DNA from: Octopus sinensis
Lineage: Eukaryota
Assembly (NCBI RefSeq): GCF_006345805.1
Contig: NC_043002.1
Location: 4,340,001-4,404,000, forward strand
Direction: 5' to 3'
Length of the DNA: 64,000 nt
Shown here: in pieces, positions 12,750 through 25,185 of the stretch
Layout: every line of letters starts with the position of its first letter
Position numbering within the stretch: the first letter of the stretch is position 1
Made by a program: the position numbers and the translations under genes
Notes under the pieces: model-generated
What the model was told of the DNA's origin: nothing
Seen by the model: only the letters and a program-made list of their open reading frames with translations
Databases searched by the model: none

Positions 12750-13200
12750 CTTTCTCTCTCTCCCTCTCTATGTCTCTGTTCCTGTCTCTGTCTGTCTCTC
12801 TCTCTTTCTCTCTCTCTATCTCGCTCTCTCTCGCTCTCTCTTTTTCTCTTTCGCACACTCTCTGTTTCTCTCTCTCTTTCTCTGTCTATCTCGCTCTCTA
12901 CTCTCTCTCTCTTTCTCTCTCTATCTCGCTCTCTCTCTCTCTTTCTCTTTCGCACACTCTCTGTTTCTCTCTCTCTTTCTCTCCTTCTCTCTTTCTCTCC
13001 TTCTCTCTTTCTCTCCTTCTCTCTTCTCTGTCTTCCTTTCTCTGTCTATCTCTCTCTCTCTCTCTCTCTCTACCTTCCTCACTCCCTCTCTGTTCCTCTG
13101 CTTTGTTTCTCTTTCTATCACTATCTGTCTGTCTCCCTGTCACTTTTTCTCTTTCTCCCTCCCTCTCTCTCTCTTCATTCTCTTTCTATCTAGATCGCTA
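12750..13200. repeat. (CT)n-rich compound microsatellite
   Basis: Direct reading of sequence. Confidence 0.95.
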
Positions 13201-13269
13201 CCTCTGTATTCCATTTGTAAGCTAGTGTCTTGTTTACCCCCACTCTATCTATCTCTCCCCCCACCCCGC

Positions 13270-13872
13270 ATCCTACCCTCTGCCAATCACATTCCCTTCC
13301 TCCCTAGCTTCCCCTCCGCCGATCGACCTCACCAGTGGACCATCTACCATAATTTCTGGTCCTCCAGTTCTTCCTTGTTTTTTCTGATGCCTTTCGTGAA
13401 CAACTACCCCAACCTTCAAACAGGGCCGCATCAGGTACAACCTTCATTCGTCTCTTGTTACGCTCAAAAGGGATCGTTTACATAATCTTGCACTCATTGT
13501 GACACCCTCGACCAAAATATTACCGCTTAGTACCGACTGGGGTTTACTTTCTAAGTCAACAATTGGTTTGGTTGCTCTTCCAGGAATGTCAACCATTGCA
13601 TTAAATGCCAAATTTGTGCTCTCGTACAGGTAGGGAAATCTACTCTAAGCTCCTCGGTCAATTAAAAAAGCATCTCTTAGACCCATAATGCAATAGCTGC
13701 AGATCTTAAAAATCACTTCATATCACTTCAACTTACCTGGATATATCCAACGTTATCTTTCTGTGTTTGCCATTCTCCAAATACCCCAGTGCTGTCGACC
13801 AACGATTCCTCTGGGGAGAAATATTGAGGTTCCGATAGGGAACTCCTTTTCCCGTTGAAATTAATATTGAAT
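13270..13872 (+). mobile_element. Penelope-like element, decayed linker plus GIY-YIG endonuclease
   Basis: HIPFLPSF..QWTIYHNF (linker), GCSSRNVNHCIKCQICALVQVGKS (cf. CxSxNVIYCIxCxxC..YVGET), LRFR*GTPFPVEINIE* (cf. IFRLGTLxPxGIN). Confidence 0.65.
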
Positions 13873-14281
13873 AGCTTTTCTTTTACACCAACCTCATCAT
13901 TTCTATGTTAGCCTACTCTCCATATTCATACCATCCGAACCTTCTGTCTACCTTCTCCTCATATATGCTGCTGTCTTCACTCAAACCCACTTCGCTTTCC
14001 CTACCAACTACACACTCACTCTCTCTCTTTCTACTCCTTACTTTTTTCCTACCATTCTGCTGCTCACGCTTCCATTTTGTCCTCTCTTTTACTCATTCAC
14101 TAATACATGCTACTATTTATTTTGCCTGCCTGGCACAACAGCCGCTCATTCACTGGTCATTCCACTTCCCTCTACACAAACCACACATATGCCTCAACCA
14201 TTTGTCAAATATATTCAGCTTTTTGTCAAATATGCACGTTAAATGACACCCGTAAAATTCTTTCCCTTTATTTTTCATTCT

Positions 14282-14320
14282 TATTCTTGACAAAGAGATT
14301 CCAACTCAAAATGTTAAAAA
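14282..14320 (+). ncRNA. Decayed minimal hammerhead motif downstream of PLE endonuclease
   Basis: TTGACAA A GAG ATTCCAA CTC AAAA TG TT AAAA; differs from CTGACGA A GAG..CTC GAAA CG TT mostly by CpG-type transitions. Confidence 0.4.
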
Positions 14321-14789
14321 CCATTTAGTCACTTCCAAATTTAATGCGCTGACTTTGTCTAACTGTGTCTATTTGTGCGTGCGTATGCATGTATAGTGGT
14401 GGTGGTGGTGTTTAGTTGCAAGTCGGCTCTGATTGAGAAAACTCATGATCCAGCCGTGACTATCCCATCTTTTTGTTGTATTTCTCAGACACTCTGTTAT
14501 CCAGTATGTCGTTTCTCGTTTAAGTATACAAAGCGTAGTCAGCAAGAGCTCTAGCTCCAGCTATTCGCAGTCGGTCGAATGTTCGCTGGAGACTTCCTCT
14601 TTAACTCGATCTCCTTCTACCTCACCTACCGCAGGACACCTGTCTATCTATCTAATTGTTAATCTGTCTACCTGCTTATCGCCATCCATCAAGAGGGCCT
14701 AAACGTGAGCCCTCAGCCAGCTAGATATAGCAGCCAAATATCCATTTAACTCACCTTTATCATCTTAGAAAAGAACACGCTAAATCTAT

Positions 14790-15299
14790 GAACCCCTTTG
14801 ATTCCTATTTTACTCGGGTGGACCCTTTCTAGCCATTCGATGTTTAAAAAATCGTGTATTTTTATAATTATATATTATAAGGAATTGTATGAAAATAATT
14901 GTTAAAATGTTTTGTGTATTGTAGAATATAACAAATTTATTGCTGATAAACAATTGCAGCGTGGAAGGTGTTTGTAAGCCATTTAAGAAACACACAAAAG
15001 CCGTTCGATTCACTTCAACATTTAAGTTTAATTTGTCAAAATATTTTCGTCGCTTTAGGACCGCGACCTGTTCACTGACAAAAATCCATGCTGCATCTGA
15101 AGTGAATCGAACGGCTTTTTGTGTTTCTTAAATGGCTTATAAACACCTTCAACGCTGCAATTGTTTTCGTTTCAGCACACGATCTCAGATCAATTCACTT
15201 GCTATGCAAGTACATCTCCGTAATTGCTGGTAAATTTTAACAAAAAAAAATCTTGTGTGGACCCCCTAGGGCCACGTGGACCCTGTTTGAATACCATTG
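14790..15299 (-). mobile_element. hAT-type MITE (CAGTGGTTCTCAAC-like end) carrying an inserted fold-back element
   Basis: Minus-strand end CAATGGTATTCAAACAGGGTCCA; internal TTCTACAATACACAAAA..TT.AACAATTATTTTCATACAATT shared with copies at 19003-19050 and 37855-37880. Confidence 0.5.
15032..15082 (-). ncRNA. Minimal type I hammerhead ribozyme with swapped G3:C8 core pair
   Basis: Minus strand TTTGTCA GTGAACA G GTCGC GGTCCTAAA GCGAC GAAA ATAT TT TGACAAA: 7-bp stem I, perfect 5-bp stem II, palindromic AATATT stem III. Confidence 0.7.
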
Positions 15300-15993
15300 C
15301 GCTAGAAAATGTGGTTCTAGGCCCCCTATGCACAGGAGTTATGAAGGGAATGATTTTCCACATAGGTCTACTAAATCAGAGCTGACCTTGATACAAACAA
15401 CAGCAACAACTATTAGCTTCCTATCTTTCAGTCTGGTTATCAATCTATCAGTTTGTGTATCGATTTATCTCTCAATTGCAACAAATGCAAACAAAAACAA
15501 ATGTGGTAACGTATAACAATATTGACCAAGGTTACCGTGGTCTTTTTCGTAGGCTTTTCTTCCCACGGATAAACCTTACTTGCTTTCCCCTTTACACCAT
15601 ACATCATGACACTGTGATACACGATCCCTATTGATCGTTTTTTTTCCTCTTCCCCTTTTTCCTCTTTTTCTTTTTTCATTTTTCTTTTCTTTTGTTCCTT
15701 TTCCCTTTTTTCTTTTTTCTTTTCCTTTTTTTGTTCTTTTTTCCCTTTTACGATCCCTTTTGATCGAAAACCTACGCCACCTTTTTTTTGCTTCTTTTGT
15801 TTTTGTTTTTTTTTTCATCCCCCAAAAGAAAAGCTCTACCTTGTAATTTGTCCCATCTGTGTGCAGCCCTGTGTGGCCAATAAATAAACTTATTTATCTC
15901 TCAATTTGTTTGTCTGTCTGATGTCTGTCAGTCTGTCTGCTCGTTCCATTGTCCTGGTGTGCTTTGGTACATATAATCATGCAAGACTTACTA

Positions 15994-16396
15994 TTTTACT
16001 CTTTTACTTGTTTCAGTCATTTGACTGCGGCCATGCTGGAGCACCGCCTTTAATCGAGCAACTCGACGCCGGGACTTATTCTTTTGTAAGCCCAGTACTT
16101 ATTCTATCGGTCTCTTTTGCCGAACCGCTAAGTAACGGGGACATAAACACACCAGCATCGGTTGTCAAGCAATGCTAGGGGAACAAACACAGACACACAA
16201 ACACACACACTCATATATATATATACACATATATACGACGGGCTTCTTTCAGTTTCCGTCTACCAAATCCATTCACAAGGCTTTGGTCGGCCCGAGGCTA
16301 TAGTAGAAGACACTTGCCCAAGGTGCCATGCAGTGGGACTGAACTGGAACCATGTGGTTGGTAAACAAGCTACTTACCACACAGCCACTCCTGCGC
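15994..16396 (-). mobile_element. SINE family A, full length
   Basis: Reverse complement of the 7320-7732 element. Confidence 0.9.
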
Positions 16397-16821
16397 ATGT
16401 TTAGTTTTTACTATTGTAGTAACACAAATTGTAACTATGGCTGTTTGACTCGAGCGGGGATGGAAGTGTAAACTATGATGGTGATGGGGAAGCGGGGTAT
16501 CACAGTGTTAATGATGTTAGTGGTATAGTGTCAGTGAAGATGTAGTACTGACTATGGTAGTAATGCTGACGGTGGTGGTGGAGGTGGCGGCGGCTGATTT
16601 GATTTTGTTTTGAATTGGGTTTTTTTTTCGACAATAGTGTGTGTGGTTTGAATAATATTCAGCTGCATTTTGTTGCAAGTCGAGTAACTGTGTAGGCGTC
16701 TGAGGAGTGGTTAATTCATTAAGAGTTGTAGTTATTGTTGTCCTCGGAGTTGCTTTATTTTGTTGTTATTGCTAAAGTCTTTTTTGCTGGTGGTGGTGGT
16801 GGTGGTGGTGGTGGCGGTGGC

Positions 16822-17507
16822 GGTTCTAGTCAAGGCACAAGGCCCGAAATTATGGGAGAGGGGTGGGGGCAGTCGATTACATCGACCCCAGTACATAGCT
16901 GGTACTTAAATTATCGACCCAGAATTTGAACTCAGAACGTAAAGACAGACGAAATGCCTATTTCTTTACCATTTCTTTACTTCCCCATCACCATCATAAC
17001 AACTGCCATAGTTTACACTTCCATCCCCGCTTGCGTCAAACAGCCATAGTTTACAGTTTGTGTTACTACAGAACGTAACGGCACGAAATACCTATTTCTT
17101 TATTACCCACAAGGGGCTAAACACAGAGAGGACAAACAAGGACAAACAAACGGATTAAGTCGATTATATCGACCCCAGTGCGTAACTGGTACTTAATTTA
17201 TCGACCCCGAAAGGATGAAAGGCAAAATCGACCTCGGCGGAATTTGAACTCAGAACATAATGGCAGACGAAATACCTATTTCTTTATTACCCACAAGGGG
17301 CTAAACACAGAGAGGACAAACAAGGACAGACAAACGAATCAAGTCGATTATATCGACCCCAGTGCGTAACTGGTACTTAATTTATCGACCCCGAAAGGAT
17401 GAAAGGCAAAGTCGACCTCGGCGGAATTTGAACTCGGAACGTAACGGCAGACGAAATACGGCTACGCATTTCGCCCGGCGTGCTAACGATTTTGCCAGCT
17501 CGCCGCC
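16822..17507 (-). mobile_element. SINE family B multimer (one head plus 184-bp body units) and B2 fragment
   Basis: GAAATACC/G recurs at 17085, 17269 and 17453 (period 184); a single head at 17456-17507. Confidence 0.9.
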
Positions 17508-18200
17508 TAGCTCGCCTGTTATCGTGATGCAGGCATGGTAGGGTGGTTAACAAGGTCGCTTCGCAATCATGTAGTCCTGAGTTCGATACCCTTGCCTTCT
17601 GGCATCATAGCCAAATGTTTTCATGGCAGCTTCGGGTCGACCGAAGTCTTGTGAACGAAACTGAGTCATACGAAAACTATACAGAATATGGAACCCCTTC
17701 AGATGAATAATGCCCGTAATTGAAAGGTGCAGTTTTGTAGCACTTCGTGTGACGCTGATACGGTCTGGGAATTATGCCAAGTGTCGCTATGTGTCTGTGG
17801 AACTGTCATCCAGTTCCACGCTAACTGACCACTTCATGGATCAGACAACTGAATGCTCGTCATCGAAACTGACGCAGCAATCATAATCCAGCCGCAAGTG
17901 TGTGTGTGTGTGTGTGTACGTGTGTGTGTGTGTGTGTGTGTACGTGTGTGTGTGTACGTGTGTGTGTGTGTACGTGTGTGTATGTATGTATGTATGTATG
18001 TATGTATGTGTGTACGTATGTATGTGTGCATGTATGTCCATACATATTAATCAGACCTACAGAGAAAGATTTTCCCAGCCGTAATTACTTGACCTTGTTT
18101 ATCTCAAGGTCAGCTCTGATTGCAGCAGACCTTTGATGGAAATCCTTCCACTTATAAAAATCCTGTCTCTCGCCTATGTGTAGGGAACCCAGATTGAAAA

Positions 18201-18510
18201 CACGTGGCGGAGTGGTTAGGGTAATCGGCTCATGATCGTAAGGTCATGAGTTCGATTCCCGACGACGCGTTGTCCTTGAGCAAGACACTTTATTTCACGT
18301 TGCTCTAGTCCGCTCAGCTGGCAAAAATGAGTTGTACCTGTAATTCAAAGGGCCAGCCTTGTCACACTTTGTGTCTCACTGAATCTCCCTGAGAACTACG
18401 TTAAGGGTATGCATGTCTGTGGAGTACTCAGCCACTTGTACATTAAATTCACGAGCAGGCTGCTCCGTTGATCGGATCAACTGGAACCTTCGTCGTCGTA
18501 GCCTACGGAG
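18201..18510 (+). mobile_element. tRNA-derived SINE, family C
   Basis: A-box TGGCGGAGTGGTTA, B-box GAGTTCGATTCCC, TGTCCTTGAGCAAGACACTT; inverted copy at 44341-44656. Confidence 0.85.
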
Positions 18511-18547
18511 TTCCACTACAAGGAGCCAAGAACCTCATTACCTAGCG

Positions 18548-19191
18548 CAGTGGCTTTCAACCAGAACCCACACGGCCCTTGAAGTCCAACAAGATTTTAT
18601 CATTAAAATTTATCTACAATAAATAGGTTATAACTAGCACAATGACCCGGCGTTGCCTGCTCATAGTGCTAGTGCATGCATATACAGCTGCGTGCGTGCG
18701 CACATACACGCGAGTACTGTCCAAATCTCTGACCAATCACATACAGCTAGCTGGCATTCAATTGGCGTATCATTTTGATTGGGTTTTAGATAGAAAATTC
18801 ACAAAAAGGTCACTTCTGTTGATTTTTTAATGTCTTTGCGGGGTGACAGGGGAAATGTAAAGATGTGCATGACTACTTTTGGACGGTTTTGAATGACCAT
18901 AGAAAGTGCGAGCCCTCTAACTGAAAAAATTGTGGATTTGTATAAAGGACACACGCACGCACACAGACAGACATTTTGCCGTTTATATATATAGAGAGAG
19001 ATTCTACAATACACAAAATATTTAAACAATTATTTTCATACAATTCCTAATGATATTTAATTATCGAATGGCTAAGTGGGTCTACCTGGTATTTTGAGAC
19101 AGTGTGTTCAGGAATCAATTTTTTTAATGGCTTAGGTGAGAAGAGGAAAGTGAGCCCATGACCAATTTTAGGGGCCTCAGGGTTGCGAGAC
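18548..19191 (+). mobile_element. hAT-type MITE interrupted by a Helentron-associated element
   Basis: Start CAGTGGCTTTCAACCAG; resumes at 19003 with TTCTACAATACACAAAATATTT. Confidence 0.5.
18631..19002 (+). mobile_element. Non-autonomous Helentron-associated (DINE-1/HINE-like) element
   Basis: 5' ACTAGCAC..GACCCGGCGTTGCC; 3' ACAGACAGACA..TTTATATATATAGAGAGAGAT. Confidence 0.7.
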
Positions 19192-20070
19192 GAGGGGGTA
19201 AGTTTACATCAACTCGGAGACTTGACCTAAGCCATAAAAAAAGGGATTCTTGAATACTCTGTATCTGACAACGAGAGTTATGCCAGCAGAGTATAAGCTC
19301 CTGGTAAAGCTTCCTATGCAGGGCTGATCAAGGTATAGGGACCAGAGTAATATGAACCACCTCTTTCTAGATGTAAAAATGGGTTTTTGGGCAAGGACAA
19401 CACCCCTACCTAAATAGCAGAGTAATAGAAGTTTCGATGACAATTCAAAATCATTAATACTTGAGAGAGGAAGGACTTCCCTGGGGAAACATGAAAAATC
19501 AGGGATCTAACTGAAGAGAAGCAAAAAAAAAAATACAGCCCATTGTCAAAACCAGTGAAGAGAAGTCGTCGATGGCCAATGGGAGCGAAGGGTTTAAGTT
19601 ATACTGAAACGTAAGCCGAATATTTTTGACTGTATCCCGCTAAAAGCATCAAACGGACAGATAATGATGTCATTAAACCATATGACCGATTAAGTCGACC
19701 ACTCATGAACAAGAATATTCCCGTCCGCCTGTGGGCTTCAACATAGTTTCCGTTTACCGAATTTCGTGCACAAGGTTTTGGTCGAGGTCAATGCTACGGC
19801 AAAAGATCTAAGGATGCCACACACTGATATACTTTCCCAAGAGCAGGCAACTAAAGGGCTTCCCCTCAGTTTCCTTTTATCAAATTATGCACGCAATGGT
19901 TTGGTTGCCCTCAATGCTGTGACAGACGATACATCACCAAAATGTCGTGCAATCAGATCGAAAGCTAAACCGTTTAGCTGCACGGCTAACTTCTTAACCC
20001 TCACACAGCCTTGTTTGTGTCCTTGTTGTGTCCTTGTTTGTGTCTTTGTTTGTGTCTTTGTTTTATTAAG

Positions 20071-20898
20071 ATACTTGCAGAGATACCCGGCGTGGCCCGG
20101 TTACGTTCATTTGAAGAATTAGACTTTTCTGTTATATTTTCTCTAATGAACTGGGATATCTATGTTTCGAATTTCATCAAAATTGCAGATGAGGGTTATT
20201 TCCCTCTTTACACGCCCCAAAAAATTGTAACCGTGCCACATGTATCCCATACTACTGATTTTTATGCGCATATTCCAGAATTTCAGTCTTATTGAACCTG
20301 TTAAAAAGATTTTGCTCCATACCCGCATCTAGTTTTGCTTGTAAAAATTCATTTCTATATAATTCCATTAAAACCGTCCACAACTCCTTTCCATTTGTTA
20401 GAATGTCATGCAATAACCTTTGTGGTTCTCATGGTTCATTGCAGGAAACATATTGCGTTGCGCAGTTTCAGATAGAATTTCGTTCGAAGTACACTTGTGA
20501 GAGGAATAATACTTGCACAAATATTCACTGAGTCAAAAGACTGAATATTTTATCGCGAAGACCAACGTAGAACTCATTAACTTCACGACATAATTTCCGC
20601 CCAATTTTATGAGTTTCAGCTTAACTAAGCAAATTTTGTAATACTATATCACTAGCAGAGATACCCGGCGTTGCCCGTGTTACATACAATTGAAGAATTA
20701 GACATTTCTGTTATATTTTCTCTAATGACCTGGAATATCTATGTTTCGAATTTCATCAAAATTGCAGATGAGGGTTATTTCCCTCTTTACTCACCCCTAA
20801 AAAGTTCTAATCATACCACATGTATCCCACACTACTGATTTTTATGCGCATATTCCAAAATTCCACTATTATTGAACCTGTTAAAAAGATTTTGCTCC
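20071..20898 (+). mobile_element. Two tandem 5' halves of a HINE-like element (20071-20318 and 20651-20898)
   Basis: Both start ACT(T/A)GCAGAGATACCCGGCGT(G/T)GCCCG and end AAGATTTTGCTCC; period 580 bp. Confidence 0.65.
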
Positions 20899-21149
20899 TG
20901 AAAAATGAAGGTCATGGAGCTCTAAAATGTGAGAGTGAAGGCCCTTGTTGGAAGTGGGCGTCTTAATGTCAACCAGAGAAGTTGAATTCTTGAGTATCTT
21001 TTTAACTTAAGTCCTATATCTATTGTTTGAATTTCTTTGAAATAGAAATATGTGTTCATTGGGTTTGTAAAAGGAAGCAAAGCTACAGGAAACCAAAAGA
21101 CGAATGATCACAATAAGCAGTCAGCTACCGTACCCTAGTCGTTACCACT

Positions 21150-21650
21150 CCCAATGTAGGATTCTTTACCATCCAGGTGACAGGCACAGCCGTAAGATGC
21201 ATTACGAATCTATAGCAATTGGAAGGGCGTGACCCAACTGAAATCAACATTAACAACTGTGCGACGTGACGGCTAAGGAGAAACTAAAGTGTCAACTCTG
21301 GAGTTTGCAAATGACCACTATACTGATACGTAACTGGACAGAATAAATTTACAATCTATAAATGTCTTTGAATAACCAGTCACTCACCTGGGAAGGCCTT
21401 GAAATCAATGTTACCATCTGGGGACTATGTGTGACCGAGTGATAATAAAAAGACTGAAAGGACGTCTGCAATCAAATAACTTTACTCAACACTTTGCAAC
21501 TGAATCAGTGGAGGCAAAGATGCTTCTCATTTACTTGACAATTTATGCGCCACATTACAGAATTCACAATGTAACTTTATATCAAAGCAAAGTGTTACAC
21601 TGTTGTACCATTGAATTAGAAATAATCCTCAACCTTTATGCTCGGGTAAC
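21150..21650 (+). mobile_element. Highly decayed RTE/L2-type reverse transcriptase remnant
   Basis: Scattered motifs GFFTIQV, STLEFAND (cf. FADD) and GLEINVT (cf. GLxINxxKT); many frameshifts. Confidence 0.35.
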
Positions 21651-21960
21651 TCTACAGCTTCCAAGAGCACAACAGTATTGGTTTTTGCTTAGATAAAATG
21701 ACAAAATTGTGGGTGCTAAGTCCCCATGGAGGGGTCTTTCGAACTTGTAAGAAGATGAAATTTTATAAATATTACTTCATTTGTGTCTAATATCTATGGT
21801 TAAAACTTCATCAACAGCAAAAATATATGAATTGTCATGGGGGTTATGGCCCTTATGCATAAAATATAATTTCCAAATTTCATAAAGATCCATTTAGTAA
21901 CTTTTGGATCATAAAAGAAATGACTAAAATTTCGGAGTTAAGGCTCTCATTAGAGTGTTT

Positions 21961-22040
<80 letters not shown>

Positions 22041-22849
22041 TATATATATAGATATAGATATAGATACACACACACACACGCGCACACACATACAAAGATA
22101 AATTGTATGAGTGGGCAAACAAAAATATGAGACACAGCCTAGTGCTTTTTTTATGTTGATAAGCCTGGTACTTATTCTATTAGTTTGTTCTTGTGAAACC
22201 AGTATAAACGGTGAAAAATTTGTCAATTTCCCCAAACAGGGACACAATTCAATTTTTAAACAATAACCAAAGCTCCTTCTCCCAAAGGTGGAGGGTTACA
22301 GTTTACAATTATTTAGCAAATGCAACACAACAATGTTTCCCTTACGAGGAAACAACAAACGTGATAACAATAGTTAAACAGTAATAATAATAACAACAAA
22401 CCTTACGGTGAATCAAAAAGCAGTACGCAGTTGAAACAATAGTCCTTTATGTATAAAAAATAAACCAACAGAAGTACTTTGTAGAACTGGCTGTTCGAGA
22501 AAACAGATATTACATACAGCCAAACTTCATATAGATACTTAATGCTAGCTAATTAGCAGATAATCTAATGTAAAAGCCGTGGTAAACGGTATGTACACAG
22601 CTCCATCTGGACTATTCCATTTCTGCACTTAAATTTTATTTTTTATTTATTCCTATTCATGTGAAACCACTTATTCAAGTTCAAGTCATTGATGCAATTT
22701 TATACCAATTGCTATTTTTACTTTTGTTATGTTACGATTATATTATACTTTAGTTTGGTTTTAATTATTACTTACTACATATAATTCAATTGTTATTATC
22801 ATCTCTAATTTTTATTGTTAAAGTGAAAGTATCTGACATAACATAGAGA

Positions 22850-23460
22850 AATGTTTTTGTTTCACTTTTAACACGTAATACTGAAATAGTGGAGAAAATA
22901 TGATATTGCTATGGGCTCGCCCTAGGCAAGACGTTGAACATTTTTTTTGTCCATGAAACTACATGGACCCTAAGTAAGGCATGTGTAAAATTTGAATGAA
23001 ATTGGTTGTGTAGTTCTCAAGTTTTAGGGAATTGTAGTGGAGAAGATATGATATTGCTGTGGGCTCGCCCCAGGCAAAAAGTTTAACACGTAATACTGAA
23101 ATAGTGGAGAAAATATGATATTGCTATGGGCTCGCCCTAGGCAAGACGTTGAACATTTTTTTTGTCCATGAAACTACATGGACCCTAAGTAAGGCATGTG
23201 TAAAATTTGAATGAAATTGGTTGTGTAGTTCTCAAGTTTTAGGGAATTGTAGTGGAGAAGATATGATATTGCTGTGGGCTCGCCCCAGGCAAAAAGTTTT
23301 AAAATTTTTTGCCGATGACACTCCCCGGACCCTAAGTAAGGCATGTGTAAAATTTGAATGAAATTGGTTGTGTAGTTCTCAAATTTTAGGGAAACACACA
23401 AACATACAGACAGACACACACACACACACACACTACATTCTCAGTTTTATATCTAGAGAT
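22850..23460 (+). mobile_element. HINE/DINE-1-like element with internal tandem duplication (about 217-bp unit)
   Basis: TTTAACACGTAATACTGAAATAGTGGAG at about 22867 and 23084; 3' end ACAGACAGAC(AC)n..CTCAGTTTTATATCTAGAGAT. Confidence 0.6.
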
Positions 23461-23758
23461 ATTAAGGGTGTGAACTGGTTGCTATTTCTAGTATCCCGAA
23501 CGACCGCACAGAATGCTTTTTCGTTTGTTCGTAGTGGTGGCGGCACTTAACCGTTCTGAAATTAATCGAGCTGGGATAAAAATGAACAAAGCAAAAGCAG
23601 GAAGAAGCAAACGCCTTCATTGACTTTGACGCTCTCAGAATCTAGTCTCTACCACTCTCTCCCTCACTCTCACTCTCTCCCTCACTCTCTCTCTCTGACA
23701 CTCTCGCTCGCTCAGTCTCAGTTTCTATCTCTCTCTCTCTCTCTACCTGCCTACCTCC

Positions 23759-23825
<67 letters not shown>

Positions 23826-24310
23826 CATCCTCCATCTTCCTGCTCTTTTCCTTTTTTCTCTTATATTTACACTCTTTCTCTCCTGCCTCCCTCTTACTTC
23901 ATACCTTTTTCTTCCTTTGTTTCGCTCTCTTTCTTTCATATGTATGTGCATGTGTGTGTGTGTGTGTGTGTGTGCGCGCGCATGTATGTGTGTGTATTAC
24001 ATTTGTCTTTCGGCCCTTTTTCCTTTTTTCCTTTCTTTCTTTCTTTCTGTCCTTTTTTTTCTTCTATTCTCTTTATCTTCCTATCCTTTCTTCCTCCCCC
24101 CCCGCTTCTTTTGTTTTTAATCTTTATTTCTTTTCCTCTTCTTCTTCTTACGCTTTATTTATCTATCTAATTTATTCACTTGTTTGTGTATTTGATGGCC
24201 AGTTACAACGTTAAATGGAAAGGCGTTTTCATTAGCATTTTATGTGAAGAGGTTTTGCAGTTACCATGTTCACTGAGTCTCTCCCAGTAACAGACGTCAA
24301 CAGCCTCTTG

Positions 24311-24353
<43 letters not shown>

Positions 24354-24393
24354 GTATGTATATATATGTATATGAATATATGTATATATATGC

Positions 24394-24436
<43 letters not shown>

Positions 24437-24996
24437 TATGCATGTGTGTTTGGTAGTTCTTCTTGACATACGTACCACACACACCACATTAAATCAGCGC
24501 CATAAAGATGCTATGTTGACTGGCCAGAAAAAAAGGGGAAGAAATAAAAAAAATAAATAAATAAACAGAGAGAGAGAGAGTTTGAGAAATGGGGCGGAGG
24601 TGCATGGACAAGACAATATAACCAAGTTCTTTGGTGGCAACTAAGATTTTCATAAGATCTTCTTCTGACAAATGACTCAAGTCGTAAAAAAACCGTTCTC
24701 AAAAGTAATCGTGATATGTATACATTTTATATCTGTACGTTTATGCTAAACAACAGTATTTTCGTTTAATTCTCTAGGTGTGGATCTCATCGCGCGATGT
24801 GGTGTGTGTGTGTGTTTAGTATCTGTGTGGTATGCCAAAGTTTGTGTATATGTATGTGTGTGTGTATATGGTTATATGTTTGCGTATGTGCGTTACTCGT
24901 CTTGTGAGTATATGTGTTTCTGTGTTTCTGTGCAAAAGCATTTTTTTCTCTCGCCTTGGAGTTCTTGATGATGTATGAATGTTTAAATGAACGGCC

Positions 24997-25033
<37 letters not shown>

Positions 25034-25122
25034 TGCGTGTGTGTGTGTGTGTGTGTCTGCGTGAATGCATGTAACTGTGTATATTCATGTATGTATGTGT
25101 GCATGTATATCCATACATATTA

Positions 25123-25185
<63 letters not shown>

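Noticed and set aside
17085-17460. CRISPR-like regular repeats
   Set aside because: Units are 184-bp SINE bodies with no unique spacers; eukaryotic context, no cas genes.
24655-24700. CTGACAA-ATGAC-TCAA-GTCGT-AAAA hammerhead-like hairpin; similar weak cases at 5740-5800, 10365-10400 and 25975-26010
   Set aside because: At least two core positions are wrong and stems I/III are unsupported.
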